The notes under the pieces were generated by a model. It was not told where the DNA came from. It was given only the letters and a program-made list of their open reading frames with translations, and made no database searches. A stretch of DNA of 64,000 nucleotides from an uncultured Candidatus Saccharibacteria bacterium (GTDB taxonomy: Bacteria; Patescibacteriota; Minisyncoccia; Phycocordibacterales; DATDWN01): NCBI GenBank assembly GCA_964576615.1, contig CAZNUU010000001.1:95309-159308 (forward strand), written 5' to 3'. The translations under genes and the position numbers were made by a program. The number at the start of each line of letters is the position of its first letter. Positions within the stretch are counted from its first letter, which is position 1. Of the stretch, positions 29,949-40,631 are shown in pieces.

Positions 29949-31322
29949 ATGGATATACACCTAAACAACACCTTAACTGGAGAAAAAGAGGTCTTTAAGC
30001 CGCTAAAAAATGGCTCTGTTTCAATGTATACTTGCGGGCCGACAGTTTACAACTATGCCCATGTCGGCAATCTACGCAGTTATATTTTTGCAGATATCCT
30101 AAGACGAACTCTGGAATACAGTGGTTACAAAGTAAAACAAGTTGTAAACATTACTGATATTGGTCATCTAGCGAGTGATGCGGACGATGGCGAAGATAAA
30201 ATGACAAAGGCCCTGAAGCGTGAAGGTAAACCGCTTACATTGAAAGCGATGCGTGAAGTTGCAGATTTTTATTTTGGAGAATTTAAAAAAGATTTAGAAA
30301 GTTTAAATATAGAACTCCCAGAAACTTTCCCTTTTGCCAGCGAGCATATTTCTGAAGATATAGATATCGTGCAGGAACTTATAAAAAAAGATTTTACTTA
30401 CAACATATCGGATGGCATTTATTTCGATACCAGCAAATTTCCTGATTACGGCAAACTTGGCAATACTAGAGCTGGTTTCGGGGGTGAGGAATCCCGTACT
30501 GGTTTAAATCCTGAGAAGAAAAATCAAAGAGATTTTGCTATTTGGAAATTTAACAGTGAACTTGGCTACGATGCGCCTTTTGGCAAAGGTTTTCCTGGTT
30601 GGCATATCGAGTGTTCTGCCATGTCCCGAAAATATCTTGGCCAACCTTTTGATATTCACACTGGTGGGATCGATCACATTCCTACTCACCACACAAACGA
30701 GATTGCTCAATCCGAAGCAGCATATGGCGTGCCCCTTGCCAACTATTGGCTTCATAATGCGCATTACAATATTGGTGAAGGTAAGATGGCCAAGTCTGGT
30801 GAGAATTTTATACGACTTGAATCATTGCGAGAAAAAGGTGTTGACCCTTTGGCTCTAAGATACTTATATTTAACTGCCAGATATTCTTCACCAATACAAT
30901 TTAGCTGGGAAGCACTGGAGGGTGCACAGTCCGCCTGGAAGAAGTTAAGAACTTTTGTTGGCGGAGAAGTTGGGAATGTAAAAATTAATAATGATTATAA
31001 AAATAAATTTTTGGAGTTAATTAACGATGATCTTGATACACCAAAAGCACTAGCTTTGGTTTGGGATATTTTGAAAGACGAGAAATTGAGCGAGGATGAA
31101 AAAAAAGCTTTAGTTCTGGATTTCGATAAAGTTCTGGGCTTAAAACTAGATGAGAAAAACAAATTTGAAATACCTGAAAAAGTTAAGAAACTTTTACTGG
31201 AACGTGACAAGGCAAGAGAGAATAAGGATTTTGAGAAAAGCGACAAACTGAGAGTTGAAATTGAATCGCTTGGTTTTGAAGTAAAAGATACTACAGAAGG
31301 TACTGTGCTCGAGCCCAAATAG
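29949..31322 (+). CDS. cysS: Cysteine--tRNA ligase
   Basis: CGPTVY, HVGN, PGWHIECSAM, DIHTGGIDH, KMAKS. Confidence 0.97.
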   Translation: MDIHLNNTLTGEKEVFKPLKNGSVSMYTCGPTVYNYAHVGNLRSYIFADILRRTLEYSGYKVKQVVNITDIGHLASDADDGEDKMTKALKREGKPLTLKAMREVADFYFGEFKKDLESLNIELPETFPFASEHISEDIDIVQELIKKDFTYNISDGIYFDTSKFPDYGKLGNTRAGFGGEESRTGLNPEKKNQRDFAIWKFNSELGYDAPFGKGFPGWHIECSAMSRKYLGQPFDIHTGGIDHIPTHHTNEIAQSEAAYGVPLANYWLHNAHYNIGEGKMAKSGENFIRLESLREKGVDPLALRYLYLTARYSSPIQFSWEALEGAQSAWKKLRTFVGGEVGNVKINNDYKNKFLELINDDLDTPKALALVWDILKDEKLSEDEKKALVLDFDKVLGLKLDEKNKFEIPEKVKKLLLERDKARENKDFEKSDKLRVEIESLGFEVKDTTEGTVLEPK

Positions 31323-31373
31323 GCTTGATTTTTGAGAAAAAGTATGTTTATATAGTATCAGAGGTGAGTCAAA

Positions 31374-31883
31374 ATGCTAAGAGAGGGCCATTTAATCGCT
31401 GTCTGCAAGAGCAACCATGGCGGCTTGTACAAGGTGCCATGCGAAGGAGCAATCATCGACCCGTTCGGACTTCGCGGCGATTTTCATTGCCGTGAAAGGT
31501 ATTCCAGATTCCCTGGGATCTGGAAGGAGAACACCGATCGCCACATTCTCATCCTGGGGTGGGAAGCGATCGCGGCAGTGAACGAAGAGCTTGGCCTTGA
31601 TCCGCCACTCGTATTCGGCACTCTGGCCGAGAATTTCACTTCTTACGGCTTGGGTGACCTCTCAGACGTGCTGCCGGGCAGCAAGGTCATCATCCGTGGT
31701 CGTATTGAGTTGCGGGTGACCAAACAGAACAAGCCGTGTGGAAATACGGCTGTCCTTCATCCACTCTTCAATCGCACCATTTACAACAACGAGAAGAAGC
31801 GACGAGGAATCCTCTGCGCAGTTGTAAGGGGCGTGGGAGAGCACGTCGCACCAGGCGATGAGATCACCATCATTTCCCCGTAA
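31374..31883 (+). CDS. MOSC domain protein (cassette)
   Basis: GLRGDFH, FGTLAENF, KPC, RGILCAVVRG..VAPGD; GAGGTG SD; hairpin after the stop. Confidence 0.8.
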   Translation: MLREGHLIAVCKSNHGGLYKVPCEGAIIDPFGLRGDFHCRERYSRFPGIWKENTDRHILILGWEAIAAVNEELGLDPPLVFGTLAENFTSYGLGDLSDVLPGSKVIIRGRIELRVTKQNKPCGNTAVLHPLFNRTIYNNEKKRRGILCAVVRGVGEHVAPGDEITIISP

Positions 31884-32004
31884 AAGACGGGTACGCCGGC
31901 CATCGCGGTCGGCGTTTTACTTTCCCCACATTCCTAACAGCTTGTTCTATATTTGCAGAGTTGTTGCTATTTAGTCTGGTGGTAAAATATAAGTAATACC
32001 CCGT

Positions 32005-33396
32005 ATGCCCCAAACAATAATAACTCAAACCATCCAAAATCGACTCAGGATTCCTCCCCAAAACCTGGAGGCTGAAATGGCTCTTCTTGGTTCCGTCATG
32101 CTTCGTCCTGACGCGCTCTATGATATTTCCGAAATTGTAACTGCAGATTCTTTTTATTCCGAAAAACACAGGATTATTTTTGAAACGATGATGGAACTCC
32201 TATCTAAGCGCTCCCCGATCGACCTTTTATCTATTTCATCCAAACTCTCCGAAAAGGGCTGGCTAGACCAAATCGGCGGGAACACATATTTAACCGAGAT
32301 CGTAAATTCAGTTCCGTCCTCTAGTAACGCTCAGTACTACGCTCTCATTGTTCAGAAGAAATACATGATGAGAAGGCTAATCGAAGCAGCTGATCATATT
32401 TCCCAAATTGGTTATGACGAAGTAAAAGAGCTAGAAGAAATGCTCGACAGTGCTGAAAAAAAACTTTTTGAAGTTACCAATTTTAATACCTCCCACAAAT
32501 TTATTCCGATTAAAGATGAGTTAGCCGAGGCCTGGGAGAGACTAGATAGACTGCATACCCACGGCAATGCTTTGCGAGGAATTCCGACTGGTTTTCAGGA
32601 TTTAGATAATAGAATTTCCGGACTTCAGAAATCTGATCTCATTATTTTGGCCGGCAGACCAAGTACGGGCAAGACTTCCCTAGCGCTAGACATTGCCCGT
32701 CAATCTGCTGTAAATCACAACAGCCATGTTGGAATTTTTTCTTTAGAGATGAGCTCGCAGCAACTGGTAGATAGAATGCTGGCTGCCCAATCCAATGTAG
32801 ATGCCTGGAAAATGAGGACAGGGACTCTCTCTAGGCAAAACGATTTTGAAGCCATCCGCGAATCGCTCGATAAACTAAATAAAGCTCCGATTTATATTGA
32901 TGACCAGCCTGGAAACAATATTTTGAAAATGAGATCAATCGCTAGAAGGCTAAAAAGCGAGAAGGGGCTCGATCTTATTGTCGTAGACTACTTACAACTC
33001 ATGGTGCCGACAAACACAAAAAGCGATAACGTTGTCCAGCAAGTAACCGAAATTTCTCACTCCTTAAAAAATCTAGCTCGGGAACTAGATGTTCCTGTTC
33101 TCGCTCTCTCTCAGCTTTCTCGTGCAGTCGAGCAGCGTGGGGGCAGGCCTCGTCTTTCGGACCTGAGGGATTCGGGAACAATTGAGCAGGACGCAGATCT
33201 TGTTATTTTCATCCATCGGGAAGATAGATACAAAGAACAAGAAGAGAAAACGAATATTGTCGAATTACTCATTGAGAAACACAGAAACGGCGAGACAGGT
33301 AAAGTGGAACTATTTTTCAACGATAAAAAGGCCACCTTCCAGTCCATGGATAAATCAAAATACGGCGGCGCTGAAAAGGAGTTCAGTGATTTCTAA
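32005..33396 (+). CDS. dnaB: Replicative DNA helicase
   Basis: PPQNLEAE, GRPSTGKT, VDYLQL, LSQLSR, DLRDSGTIEQDAD. Confidence 0.98.
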   Translation: MPQTIITQTIQNRLRIPPQNLEAEMALLGSVMLRPDALYDISEIVTADSFYSEKHRIIFETMMELLSKRSPIDLLSISSKLSEKGWLDQIGGNTYLTEIVNSVPSSSNAQYYALIVQKKYMMRRLIEAADHISQIGYDEVKELEEMLDSAEKKLFEVTNFNTSHKFIPIKDELAEAWERLDRLHTHGNALRGIPTGFQDLDNRISGLQKSDLIILAGRPSTGKTSLALDIARQSAVNHNSHVGIFSLEMSSQQLVDRMLAAQSNVDAWKMRTGTLSRQNDFEAIRESLDKLNKAPIYIDDQPGNNILKMRSIARRLKSEKGLDLIVVDYLQLMVPTNTKSDNVVQQVTEISHSLKNLARELDVPVLALSQLSRAVEQRGGRPRLSDLRDSGTIEQDADLVIFIHREDRYKEQEEKTNIVELLIEKHRNGETGKVELFFNDKKATFQSMDKSKYGGAEKEFSDF

Positions 33397-33474
33397 ACTA
33401 ATCAAAACGCCACCTATTCCTAGGTGGCGTTGGCCGGTGTCAAAATCCACCGACCAACTTGCGCTTAGCGGCTT

Positions 33475-34197
33475 CTAGCGAGGCCCGCTAATTAGTTTTC
33501 TTATTGCTTCTCTGAACTCGGGACACTGAGGCTTGTCGCCGCAACCCTTGAGAATCCCATCGAGTCTCTCAAAGTCGTGCATCATCGGGAATCCATTGGC
33601 CACCATTGGCCTAACGGCTTCTAGACTTGCACGTGAATAGGCCCTCACCTCCTCGTCCAAATGATCTCCCTTCTTCATGATCGAATCCATCTCTGGACCG
33701 AGTTCTAGGTGCACTGTCTCGTGGTAGAAAGCAACCACGAAAGCAGCGAAGAACTTCTCTGCACTTACCTGGTGCGCACCAGGAAAAAGATTGGCGGCAT
33801 GCACAATAATCCTGGGAACTGACCCGCGATAGCCCGAAGACATCATCGCAGTCTTGTTGTACAGATCATCCTTTATGTTGATCTCCAGTGAAAGTGCCTT
33901 ACCTTGTGACATCCCCACGATCCCAGATATACGGTTCTTGACCATCGCGGGTAAACGGTCTGACCAAGGATTGCTCGTGAGAATGAGACCAAGTTCTTCT
34001 TGCACTTTTGTGTAAACGAACTGAGCTTCCTGGTCTGAAACGACCTCATTCTTGCTACTCACCGTCTTGCTCGAACGAACATACAGAAGAGCCGGCAGTC
34101 CCACCATGAGCATGGCTGACAGGATCACCAGATAGTAACCCTGGCGACACCTCTTTCCAGCGGCGCTCTGCCTCGCCTTTTTACTTTTTGATGCCAT
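33475..34197 (-). CDS. Membrane-anchored HExxH protein (cassette)
   Basis: N-terminal TM; HETVH...DEEVRAY; AGGAGGT SD; TTTACA-N17-TACAGT promoter. Confidence 0.65.
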   Translation of the reverse strand: MASKSKKARQSAAGKRCRQGYYLVILSAMLMVGLPALLYVRSSKTVSSKNEVVSDQEAQFVYTKVQEELGLILTSNPWSDRLPAMVKNRISGIVGMSQGKALSLEINIKDDLYNKTAMMSSGYRGSVPRIIVHAANLFPGAHQVSAEKFFAAFVVAFYHETVHLELGPEMDSIMKKGDHLDEEVRAYSRASLEAVRPMVANGFPMMHDFERLDGILKGCGDKPQCPEFREAIRKLISGPR

Positions 34198-34246
34198 TGG
34201 CACCTCCTATTTAAACTGTAGCACAAATACCCTGATATGTAAATAC

Positions 34247-35143
34247 CTATTCTAAGGCCAGCAATAGCACGTGGTGAACGAAATCTTTTGTAGATAGGCC
34301 GACAAAATCCATTGATTTTAGGGCGAGAGATTTTTCAGTGAGTTTAGGTAGAGAGTTAACTTCCAGAAAGTAAATTCCCCTTTTTGGAGAAACAATGAAA
34401 TCCGACTGAGAATACTGGCCGAGCCCCAGAATCTCGTGAATTCTTCTAGCTAGATTTTCAACTTCTAGGGCTTCTTCTTTTTTCAATTGCTTGGTTGGAG
34501 GAAATGCATAAATATCTTGTCCCCGAAATTTATTCAAAACAAGACAGGAGACAGAATGCCCAGGGATAAATTCCTCCACAATTGCATTACCATGATCTGA
34601 CATAACTGTCTGGAGTGCCCCAACGAGATCAGGCAAAGTCTCGACAATTGCAAAACCGAAAGCTGAGCCGCCCCTTGAAGGTTTAACCACGAGCGGATGT
34701 GTAATCGAATTCCATATTTCTCTTGCCCTTCTTTTAAACGAACCGCTCGTACGAACCAAAAAACCAATGGGCGTTTTTATGCCTCCAGAAATTGCATGTT
34801 CCTTGGAAAGCCACTTATTCATAGCCACCATTGAGGCATACTTTGGAGAACCTGTATACCTAACCCCATGAGTATCTAGAATAGTTTGAACTCCCCCATC
34901 TTCCCCATAGGTACCATGTAAAGCATTGAAAACAACATCCACATTTCTTAAAATCCTTTCCGGCGGACGCTCTAGACCCTGCATGTGCCATCTGCCGTCG
35001 CTAGAAATAAAAATATCAATAGGTCTGTGAGTTTCAGATAAAATATTTAAAACATTTTGGCCGCTCTTCAAAGAGAGATCATACTCAGGAGAAGGTCCTC
35101 CGCGCAAAACTCCGATACGTAATGAACGAGGTAAAACTTCCAT
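34247..35143 (-). CDS. ddl: D-alanine--D-alanine ligase family protein
   Basis: GGPSPEYDLSLKSG, ALHGTYGEDG, VKPSRGGS, LEVNSLP; ATG at 35143 chosen as start. Confidence 0.85.
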   Translation of the reverse strand: MEVLPRSLRIGVLRGGPSPEYDLSLKSGQNVLNILSETHRPIDIFISSDGRWHMQGLERPPERILRNVDVVFNALHGTYGEDGGVQTILDTHGVRYTGSPKYASMVAMNKWLSKEHAISGGIKTPIGFLVRTSGSFKRRAREIWNSITHPLVVKPSRGGSAFGFAIVETLPDLVGALQTVMSDHGNAIVEEFIPGHSVSCLVLNKFRGQDIYAFPPTKQLKKEEALEVENLARRIHEILGLGQYSQSDFIVSPKRGIYFLEVNSLPKLTEKSLALKSMDFVGLSTKDFVHHVLLLALE

Positions 35144-35211
35144 CCTATTAGTATAACAAAAAAATTTTACAGATAAAAAGAAAAGAGGCCCTGCAGTGAC
35201 GCGGAGCCCCC

Positions 35212-35405
35212 AACGTCCCCCAGAGGTGACGGTCAAGCTGCATGTCGAGTGGACACGCGATTTTGTGTTGTGGTGTCCTCGGCTTGCGCCCAGAACTCCT
35301 CGAGTTCATTTTCGGGTGTGACCCCGAACCTGAGACCCAAGACCTCAACCCATCCTCGCTGCGCCCATCGGCCGCTGCTTGAACCGTTCACTCCTGTGGA
35401 ACATT
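35212..35405 (-). ncRNA. ssrS: Candidate 6S RNA
   Basis: ~190-nt GC-rich rod whose 5' and 3' ends pair (GTGA/TCAC, ACGG/CCGT, TCAAGC/GCTTGA, TGGGCGC/GTGTCCA) around a central bubble; promoter TTGACT-N17-TATAGT at 35438-35410; terminator 35180-35211. Confidence 0.6.
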
Positions 35406-35498
35406 GACAACTATATACCCATGAAAAAATAAAGTCAACATTTTTTTACAACAGAAAACAAATTATTAATGTTTGTCAAAATATCTAAAATTTGTCGA

Positions 35499-35591
35499 AC
35501 CATGTTTCGAAGAGAGCCTTGCGAGCGCGACTGGCGCGAGCACGAGGAATTTTTCAGCAGAAAAATATCCGTGCTCTCTGAGAAATATGGT
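35499..35591 (+). repeat. Palindromic repeat family A, empty copy (no 66-nt module)
   Basis: ACCATGTTTCGAAGAGAGCCTTG...CACGAGG^AATTTTTCAGCAG...GCTCTCTGAGAAATATGGT. Confidence 0.8.
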
Positions 35592-35648
35592 GAGAAAAAA
35601 TTTTAGATATTCAGGTCTATAGTTCTTTCTCACACTTTTCTTTTTGGA

Positions 35649-35765
35649 AACACTCATCTTTTCCAGCGAAAAGACTCGTTCGGTCCTCGGCCTCTACTTG
35701 TCAAGAAAGGTGCCTTGACAAGACCATGCTAGAGGCCTGCGGATGTTCCAAAAAGGAAAAGTGTT
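35649..35765 (-). repeat. Palindromic repeat family B, empty copy
   Basis: Reverse complement shares CCGCAGGCC..TTGTCAAGGCACCTTTCTTGACAA..GGCCGAGG..TTCGCTGGAA with 47069-47261. Confidence 0.75.
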
Positions 35766-35775
35766 CAACGAAACC

Positions 35776-37014
35776 CTAGACCAACCTCTCTCTTAACTTT
35801 TTATGATACGAAATCCCAAACCTATGTGCTTCACTGTTAGAGAGAATTATTTCTCGCTCGCGATCTAACCATTTTTTATCCCCCAAAATTTGCTTCGGTC
35901 TATGATATTCATCTTTTACCACGGAAACGACTGGAACTTGTACATTGTTTTTAGCTAAGACTCTCTCCATCGCTCGCTTCTGGATAAGTCCCCCGTCTAC
36001 GACGATAAGATCCGGCATTCTCCATTCGATGTGCCCCAGACGCCTAGATAAAATCTCGGATAAAGCTTTGGTATCGTTTATACCCGGGTCTTCTTTTATT
36101 CTGAACTTACGGTATTCTGATAATTTTTTCTCCCCGTCCTCGACTACAGTCATTACCCCTACAACATTTGTTCCAGCCATGTGAGCAATATCATACGACT
36201 CTATTCGAAAACCAGCTAAAGAGAGGAGTGAATCCTCCTTTATAAGAGAGATATCCTGGATATGTTTTAATGAGAATAAAGTACGTTTAGTAATGTTAGC
36301 TTTTTCGAATTCTTTTTTCTTTGCAAAACCTCTCATTTGTTTCTCAAGGTTTTTCACCAAGCGTTTTTTGTTGCCTTCAAAAAATAAAACTATATTTTCA
36401 ATTTGTCTTGCATAATCCTCCTGTGAAATTTCTCCAGTGCACACCCCAGGGCAAAGTCCAATCTGGCGATTAAAACATGGCTTAGGGGGTTGTTTTTTCT
36501 GCTCTGGGGCTGGGGTGCACTTCTCATCCCTGTATGGAAACATTTTACGAATTATCTTTAGCCCCTCCCGAAGCTGACCCCCGTTCGGAAACGGCCCGAA
36601 TGATTTTAGTATTTTCAGCCCAGAGATATTTTTTGTCTTAAGTAATTCGCGTCCACGAATAATTATCAGCTTCGGATAATCTTCTTTGGTTATAATCACA
36701 AAATTAAAACTCCTATTATCTTTCTCCTTTACATTGGCCTCTGGCTGAATTTTTTTTATAAGGTTTGCCTCCAAGATCAATGCCTCCAAGACTGAATCTG
36801 TTTTTATGTGTTCGATCGTATCAAATTGCAAAAGCATCTTAGATATGAGCGGGCCGCGAGTTGCTTCGATATCACCATTAAAATAACTTTTTACTCTATC
36901 CCGCAAAGATGTTGCTTTCCCGATATATAGTATTTTTTGTCCACGCTTAAAAATATACACTCCTGGGGAATCGGGTAAACTGGTTATTTTCTTTTTTTTG
37001 TTTATACTTGACAT
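35776..37014 (-). CDS. uvrC: Excinuclease ABC subunit C (short, no C-terminal HhH)
   Basis: LPDSPGVY, YIGKA GIY-YIG, IESYDIAH, PDLIVVDGG, EAHRF. Confidence 0.9.
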   Translation of the reverse strand: MSSINKKKKITSLPDSPGVYIFKRGQKILYIGKATSLRDRVKSYFNGDIEATRGPLISKMLLQFDTIEHIKTDSVLEALILEANLIKKIQPEANVKEKDNRSFNFVIITKEDYPKLIIIRGRELLKTKNISGLKILKSFGPFPNGGQLREGLKIIRKMFPYRDEKCTPAPEQKKQPPKPCFNRQIGLCPGVCTGEISQEDYARQIENIVLFFEGNKKRLVKNLEKQMRGFAKKKEFEKANITKRTLFSLKHIQDISLIKEDSLLSLAGFRIESYDIAHMAGTNVVGVMTVVEDGEKKLSEYRKFRIKEDPGINDTKALSEILSRRLGHIEWRMPDLIVVDGGLIQKRAMERVLAKNNVQVPVVSVVKDEYHRPKQILGDKKWLDREREIILSNSEAHRFGISYHKKLRERLV

Positions 37015-37053
37015 TTATACTTTAGTATGCTACTATCAAAGTGGGAGGTTTTC

Positions 37054-37248
37054 ATGACCGAAAAAGAGTCGAAAGAAGTTTCAGCCCTCGTCTTCATCCT
37101 GCTGCTGTGCTCCTTCGTTGGCCTTGCGGTTCACTACCAGACCTACGGAATTGCAGCTGGAATCGCCGTCTTCACCATCATTGGCGGAATCGGCGAGGTC
37201 GGGGCGTCCATCGAAAGGAAGCTGGACGAGCTCAAGCAGCCCAAGTAG
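37054..37248 (+). CDS. Small two-TM membrane protein (cassette)
   Basis: TTGACA-N17-TACTAT at 37008-37036; GGAGGT SD; hairpin after the stop. Confidence 0.7.
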   Translation: MTEKESKEVSALVFILLLCSFVGLAVHYQTYGIAAGIAVFTIIGGIGEVGASIERKLDELKQPK

Positions 37249-37296
37249 TTCCACGTAGGCGTCGGGTAACCCCCGGCACCTTGTCTATTTTACACC

Positions 37297-39996
37297 TTAT
37301 TTTCTATAAGCTCTGTACTGTTTCAGTGCTTTTTTCAAATAATGCCCCGTATGACTTTTTTCATTATTGGCGACTTGTTCCGGTGTTCCTTTGGCAATAA
37401 GCTGACCCCCGTCGTCTCCCCCTTCGGGACCAATATCTAAAATATAGTCAGTCGATTTTATTACATCCATATTGTGTTCGATAACCAAAACTGTATTGCC
37501 TTTGTTCACCAATTTCTGCAAAATTTCAATTAACTTTTTTACATCCTCGTAGTGAAGCCCGATGGTTGGCTCATCTAGTAGGTAAATGGTTTTCTGTAAG
37601 TGCGGCCTGTACAACTCTGATGAGATTTTTACTCTCTGGGCCTCACCACCAGAGAGGGTGGTAGCTGATTGACCCAGCTCAAGATATCCCAGACCTACCT
37701 CATCTAGAGTTCTTAATCTGTCTGCGATCGCAGGAATATCTTCAAAAAATTTAAGAGCCTCTTCTACTGTCATTTTCAAGACATCATGAATATTTTTCTT
37801 CTTGTAGTGAACTTCCAGAGTCTCTCTCATAAATCTTTTACCTTTACAGACATCACAGGGCACATAAACAGTCGGCAAAAAATGCATTTCAACCTCAATC
37901 ATGCCATTACCTTGGCAGACTTCACAGCGTCCGCCTTTCACGTTAAATGAAAACCTATTGGCCTTCCACCCACGTGCACGAGCCTCTACAGTTTCTGCAA
38001 ACAAATCACGAATAAACGTCCAGGCACCAGTGTATGTCGCAGGATTAGATCTTGGGGTTCGACCGATGGGAGACTGATCGATCAGAATTGCTCGACCTAA
38101 ATACTCTGTGCCATTGAAGGAAGAGCAATTGAAAATCTGGTTTGATCTGTACTTTCTTTCAAATCTGGCCTGTAGGTTTCTATGCAAAATTTCGTAAACA
38201 AATGACGACTTACCTGAACCAGAGACCCCTGTTACCGCTATAAATTTACCTAAGGGAATATCGACGTTTAGATTTTTGATGTTAAATATTTTTCCGCCCC
38301 GAATCTGAATCGCTCCCCTTTGTTCCTCTCTTCTTTTTTCTGGAACTTCTACTACTTCATCTCCCCTTAAATAATCTAGTGTAAGAGAACCGGAATTATT
38401 TTTCTTGGCAGTAAGTAAATCGTCGAGATAGCCGCTTACCACCACATCTCCCCCATGCACACCAGCTCCTGGGCCAATATCTACAATATAGTCCGAGGCA
38501 AAAATAGTATCTTCATCGTGTTCCACAACTATTATTGTGTTCCCAAGGTCACGTAAGTTCAGCAAGGTCTTAACCAAACGATCGTTATCGCGAGAATGTA
38601 ACCCAATGGTCGGCTCATCCAAGACATATAGCGCGCCAACCAAGCCAGAGCCAAGTTGAGAGGCAAGTCGTATTCTTTGAGCCTCCCCACCAGAAAGAGT
38701 GTGCGCTCTACGGTTTAGCGAAAGATACTCAATACCAACATTTATCATAAAGAGAAGTCTGGATTCGATCTCTTTTATCACTACTTTTGAGATACTTTTT
38801 TCCCTTTCTGTAAGTTTCGCTTTTGTTATAAAATCATATGCATCTTTTATGGACATAGCGGTAAACTCAACAACATTTTTTTTGCCAATTAAGACATGCA
38901 GAGCCTCTGGACGTAGTCTTGCACCTTTACAGACGGGACAAGGCTCATTGCCAAAAAAATGCCGTGTACCTAGACCATTACACTCGGGACAAGCACCATA
39001 GGGCGAGTTAAACGAAAAAAGTCTTGGTTCAATTTCTGGGAAAGAGTAGCCATCTCGCGGGCAAGAGAGTTTAGATGACATGAAAAATTCCTCCCTAAAC
39101 CCAGGCTCTGCCTGGGTCGGGCGATCATCCCTTAGGGATGATTTAGCCCTAAATCCTTGGTCGGATCGGGCGACCGAGCTAGCACTCGGTTTAGCCTTAT
39201 TCATATCCTCGAATACTATTTTTACGAGTCCCTCAGATTCATGTAGAGCTTTTTCTAAATCTTCCGAGAGTCTCTCTTCTGCACTTTTCGGATCAGATTT
39301 GAAATCTAAAATGGAGATCGAATCAACCAGGACATCTATTTCATGTCTTTTTGTCTTGGACAGTTCGACTCTCTCTCGCAGGGATCTTTTAACACCATCA
39401 ACTAAGACATATGAATAACCCCTACCCAATAGATCATAAAGAAGTTGGTAATACTCCCCTTTTCTACCCCGGACAACTGGAGAATATATTTCAACATTTA
39501 AAGGTAAGGGAATTTTTCCTGCCTTTGGACTAGTCTTTTTCTTTTCGTTTATTTTATCTAAAACGAAATTTTTTATTTCTTCATTGGAAAGTTTCTCTAA
39601 CTCCAGACCACAAATAAGGCAGTGCGGATGGCCTATTCGCGAGTATAAAATACGTAAGTAATCATAAATCTCTGTGATGGTGGCTACAGTCGAACGCGGG
39701 TTATTGGAGCGGGACTTTTGATCAATAGAAATTGCAGGAGATAACCCCGCTATCTCATCTACTTCTGGTTTTTGCATCTGACGTAGGAACTGCCGAGCAT
39801 AGGAAGAGAGTGATTCTACGTATCTTCTCTGACCTTCAGCAAAAATAGTATCGAAAGCCAAAGACGACTTGCCTGACCCTGAAAGACCAGTGAAGACGAT
39901 CATTTTGTTACGCGGCATCTCAACCGTAATGTTCTTAAGGTTGTGGGTACGCGCACCTTTAACTATAATTTTTTCTTCTTTTTTATCACCTTTCAT
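37297..39996 (-). CDS. uvrA: Excinuclease ABC subunit A with tandem in-frame palindromic insert
   Basis: GARTHNLKN, two GxSGSGKS, two LSGGEAQR, zinc fingers. Confidence 0.98.
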   Translation of the reverse strand: MKGDKKEEKIIVKGARTHNLKNITVEMPRNKMIVFTGLSGSGKSSLAFDTIFAEGQRRYVESLSSYARQFLRQMQKPEVDEIAGLSPAISIDQKSRSNNPRSTVATITEIYDYLRILYSRIGHPHCLICGLELEKLSNEEIKNFVLDKINEKKKTSPKAGKIPLPLNVEIYSPVVRGRKGEYYQLLYDLLGRGYSYVLVDGVKRSLRERVELSKTKRHEIDVLVDSISILDFKSDPKSAEERLSEDLEKALHESEGLVKIVFEDMNKAKPSASSVARSDQGFRAKSSLRDDRPTQAEPGFREEFFMSSKLSCPRDGYSFPEIEPRLFSFNSPYGACPECNGLGTRHFFGNEPCPVCKGARLRPEALHVLIGKKNVVEFTAMSIKDAYDFITKAKLTEREKSISKVVIKEIESRLLFMINVGIEYLSLNRRAHTLSGGEAQRIRLASQLGSGLVGALYVLDEPTIGLHSRDNDRLVKTLLNLRDLGNTIIVVEHDEDTIFASDYIVDIGPGAGVHGGDVVVSGYLDDLLTAKKNNSGSLTLDYLRGDEVVEVPEKRREEQRGAIQIRGGKIFNIKNLNVDIPLGKFIAVTGVSGSGKSSFVYEILHRNLQARFERKYRSNQIFNCSSFNGTEYLGRAILIDQSPIGRTPRSNPATYTGAWTFIRDLFAETVEARARGWKANRFSFNVKGGRCEVCQGNGMIEVEMHFLPTVYVPCDVCKGKRFMRETLEVHYKKKNIHDVLKMTVEEALKFFEDIPAIADRLRTLDEVGLGYLELGQSATTLSGGEAQRVKISSELYRPHLQKTIYLLDEPTIGLHYEDVKKLIEILQKLVNKGNTVLVIEHNMDVIKSTDYILDIGPEGGDDGGQLIAKGTPEQVANNEKSHTGHYLKKALKQYRAYRK
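39093..39196 (+). repeat. Two tandem double-hairpin in-frame elements in uvrA
   Basis: CCCTAA-ACCCAGG..CCTGGGT-CGGGCG-ATCATCCC..GGGATGAT-TTAGCC and CCCTAA-ATCC..GGAT-CGGGCG-ACCGAG..CTCGGT-TTAGCC, sharing one CC. Confidence 0.85.
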
Positions 39997-40107
39997 ATAA
40001 TAAAATTTGCCCTGCGTTTGAGATACAGGGTTGTAGGGAACACGAGTAATGCTAGCACATTTATGTAAAAACGAAAACCGGCGAGCCTTCGGGCACGCCG
40101 GTCGAAA

Positions 40108-40362
40108 CTAGATCCAGGATTCCCCTTGTCGCCTCTTTTTCAGAGCCGCAAGTGCCGATTTTGCAACTTTGACAAGATACATCACGAGATCTTCAATGAG
40201 CTGGGTCACCACAAAGGCGAACCCGATCACCCCGAGAAGTGCTGTAACTGCCAAAAGTGCGAAAAGGACTACAGCGACAAGGAAGACAACTAGGATCGCA
40301 GCCAGCACACTCACCGTCACGATGAGCATGATAATGGAATCAGCGAGTGATCCTTGGTCCAT
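40108..40362 (-). CDS. Small hydrophobic membrane protein (cassette)
   Basis: 84 aa, long hydrophobic stretch; GGAGG SD; hairpin 40077-40103. Confidence 0.6.
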   Translation of the reverse strand: MDQGSLADSIIMLIVTVSVLAAILVVFLVAVVLFALLAVTALLGVIGFAFVVTQLIEDLVMYLVKVAKSALAALKKRRQGESWI

Positions 40363-40583
40363 CAGGCCCTCCTCTTGCGACGATGGTGTTCGATCGCCGA
40401 AACCCCAGCACTTCCGGCAAATGTGACTAGTGCCAAGAGCTCACCGATCGCAACGGCCGCCGGCGTCCCCGTCTTCACCAACTGCCATCTGGCCGAGACT
40501 GGCGGCCGAACCACAGCCGAGTTACGGTTTGCGTAGCCCACGAGAAGCGTGACTGCCATGATAAGAGCAAACCTTAATGCCAA
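40362..40583 (-). CDS. Small membrane protein (cassette, upstream gene)
   Basis: GGAGGTG SD before TTG; TTGACG-N17-TATTTT promoter; stop overlaps the next ATG; start uncertain. Confidence 0.45.
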   Translation of the reverse strand: MALRFALIMAVTLLVGYANRNSAVVRPPVSARWQLVKTGTPAAVAIGELLALVTFAGSAGVSAIEHHRRKRRA

Positions 40584-40631
40584 TAGGCACCTCCAATTCA
40601 AAAAATAATACTTTTTTAGCAGTTCGTCAAG

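Noticed and set aside
35148-35391. Small ORFs in the GC-rich stretch upstream of ddl
   Set aside because: No properly spaced SD; end-to-end base pairing favours a structured RNA.
35776-37014. uvrC as a truncated pseudogene
   Set aside because: The ORF is intact through both nuclease domains with a clean stop and no remnant downstream; loss of the HhH tail is compatible with a functional short variant.
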